A stretch of 62,750 nucleotides of DNA, counting the filler, from Trichosphaerium sp. ATCC 40318 (taxonomy: Eukaryota > Protista > Tubulinea): assembly GCA_038496445.1 (NCBI GenBank). It is 3 parts of 3 records of this genome, joined end to end, with 100 filler letters (N's around TTAATTAATTAA, not from the genome) between each part and the next. Parts side by side here need not be neighbours in the genome. Positions count along the whole stretch, not along the records: positions 58,946 to 62,750 come from JALMLS010000395.1; 2 more parts are not named here. One strand, given 5' to 3'. The notes under the pieces are model-generated. The model did no database searches. It saw nothing but the letters and a program-made list of their open reading frames with translations, and was not told where the DNA came from. Shown here in pieces: positions 62,148 through 62,750 of this stretch. Within the stretch, counting starts at the first letter, position 1. Every line of letters begins with the position of its first letter. The position numbers and the translations under genes are program-made.

Positions 62148-62750
62148 CAACTTTTGTGAGTATCGAAAAAGAATGTTACTTTCAAAATAAGACCGAGATG
62201 TTTCTTTTGGCTTAAAATGCTGACTGTAACTTTGATAAATGTATTGCTTTTTTCCTCATTAGAAACAAGTGACTGTCTAAAAACTCTTCAAATTGTATGC
62301 GACTGGACCCATTATTTGAGCTTGGTGAGTATGTATTCAACTGTCATGACAATAGTACTATTTGTGTAGAGTTTAGTGAACCTTACTGCCCTTGATGACG
62401 AACATATATATTATCAAAGGCCCTTATTCTTAAGGGAGTATACAAGATAGTGATTATATGAGTATTTAATAGTGTTTCAATAACCATCTAAACCAGCAAT
62501 ACAAAAATGATGTTTTCTCACTGCCGTTAAAATAATGGTACACTTAACCGCACAGAATAGGCTAGCAAAAGCTCTAGAAAAAAATGGGAAAAGTATACCC
62601 AACGCATGCTAAGACTGTCGTCTTTGTTTGAGGTTTTGTATTCCCGCTTTTTTTTCAGCTTTTGCCTGTTAATTCTGCAGTTAAGTTTATCGTTAAGCTG
62701 CAATTATTTCACATTTTAACGGCTGCAAATTTAAGGCCAAATTAGGTATT

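Overview
The window joins three unrelated contigs with artificial 100-nt N/TTAATTAATTAA/N spacers (30633-30732 and 58846-58945). Contig 1 (1-30632) is AT-rich mitochondrial DNA of a protist, probably an amoebozoan, with TGA read as Trp. Gene order on the + strand: rps14, rps8, nad7, atp9, rnl, cox1, rps13, ORF468, nad11, an atp9 5' copy, ORF356, nad1, nad9, nad4L, rpl6?, rps7, rps2. This is followed by a ~14-kb mirror copy folded about an imperfect AT-rich hairpin at ~16516. The standout signal is that nearly all conserved mitochondrial genes, including the LSU rRNA, are cryptogenes. They lack single nucleotides about every 25-30 nt (measured in cox1). Most missing bases that conservation can identify are G, with some C and A and probably T, and most duplicate an adjacent base. 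In contrast, atp9 and two long orphan ORFs need no correction. This points to pervasive, possibly stutter-type, insertional RNA editing. Contigs 2-3 are intron-rich nuclear DNA. They carry a metalloprotease-like/IPT/mucin surface protein, two F-box-LRR genes, two tandem Ras genes with Q61R, divergent Rab paralogues, a pogo-type transposon, two orphan paralogues, an ependymin-related gene, a patchwork of short duplications, a tyrosine-kinase-type kinase, an MFS fragment and an internally deleted hAT element, with strong CACGTG enrichment. Gene calls come from motif recognition by eye, and cryptogene boundaries are approximate.
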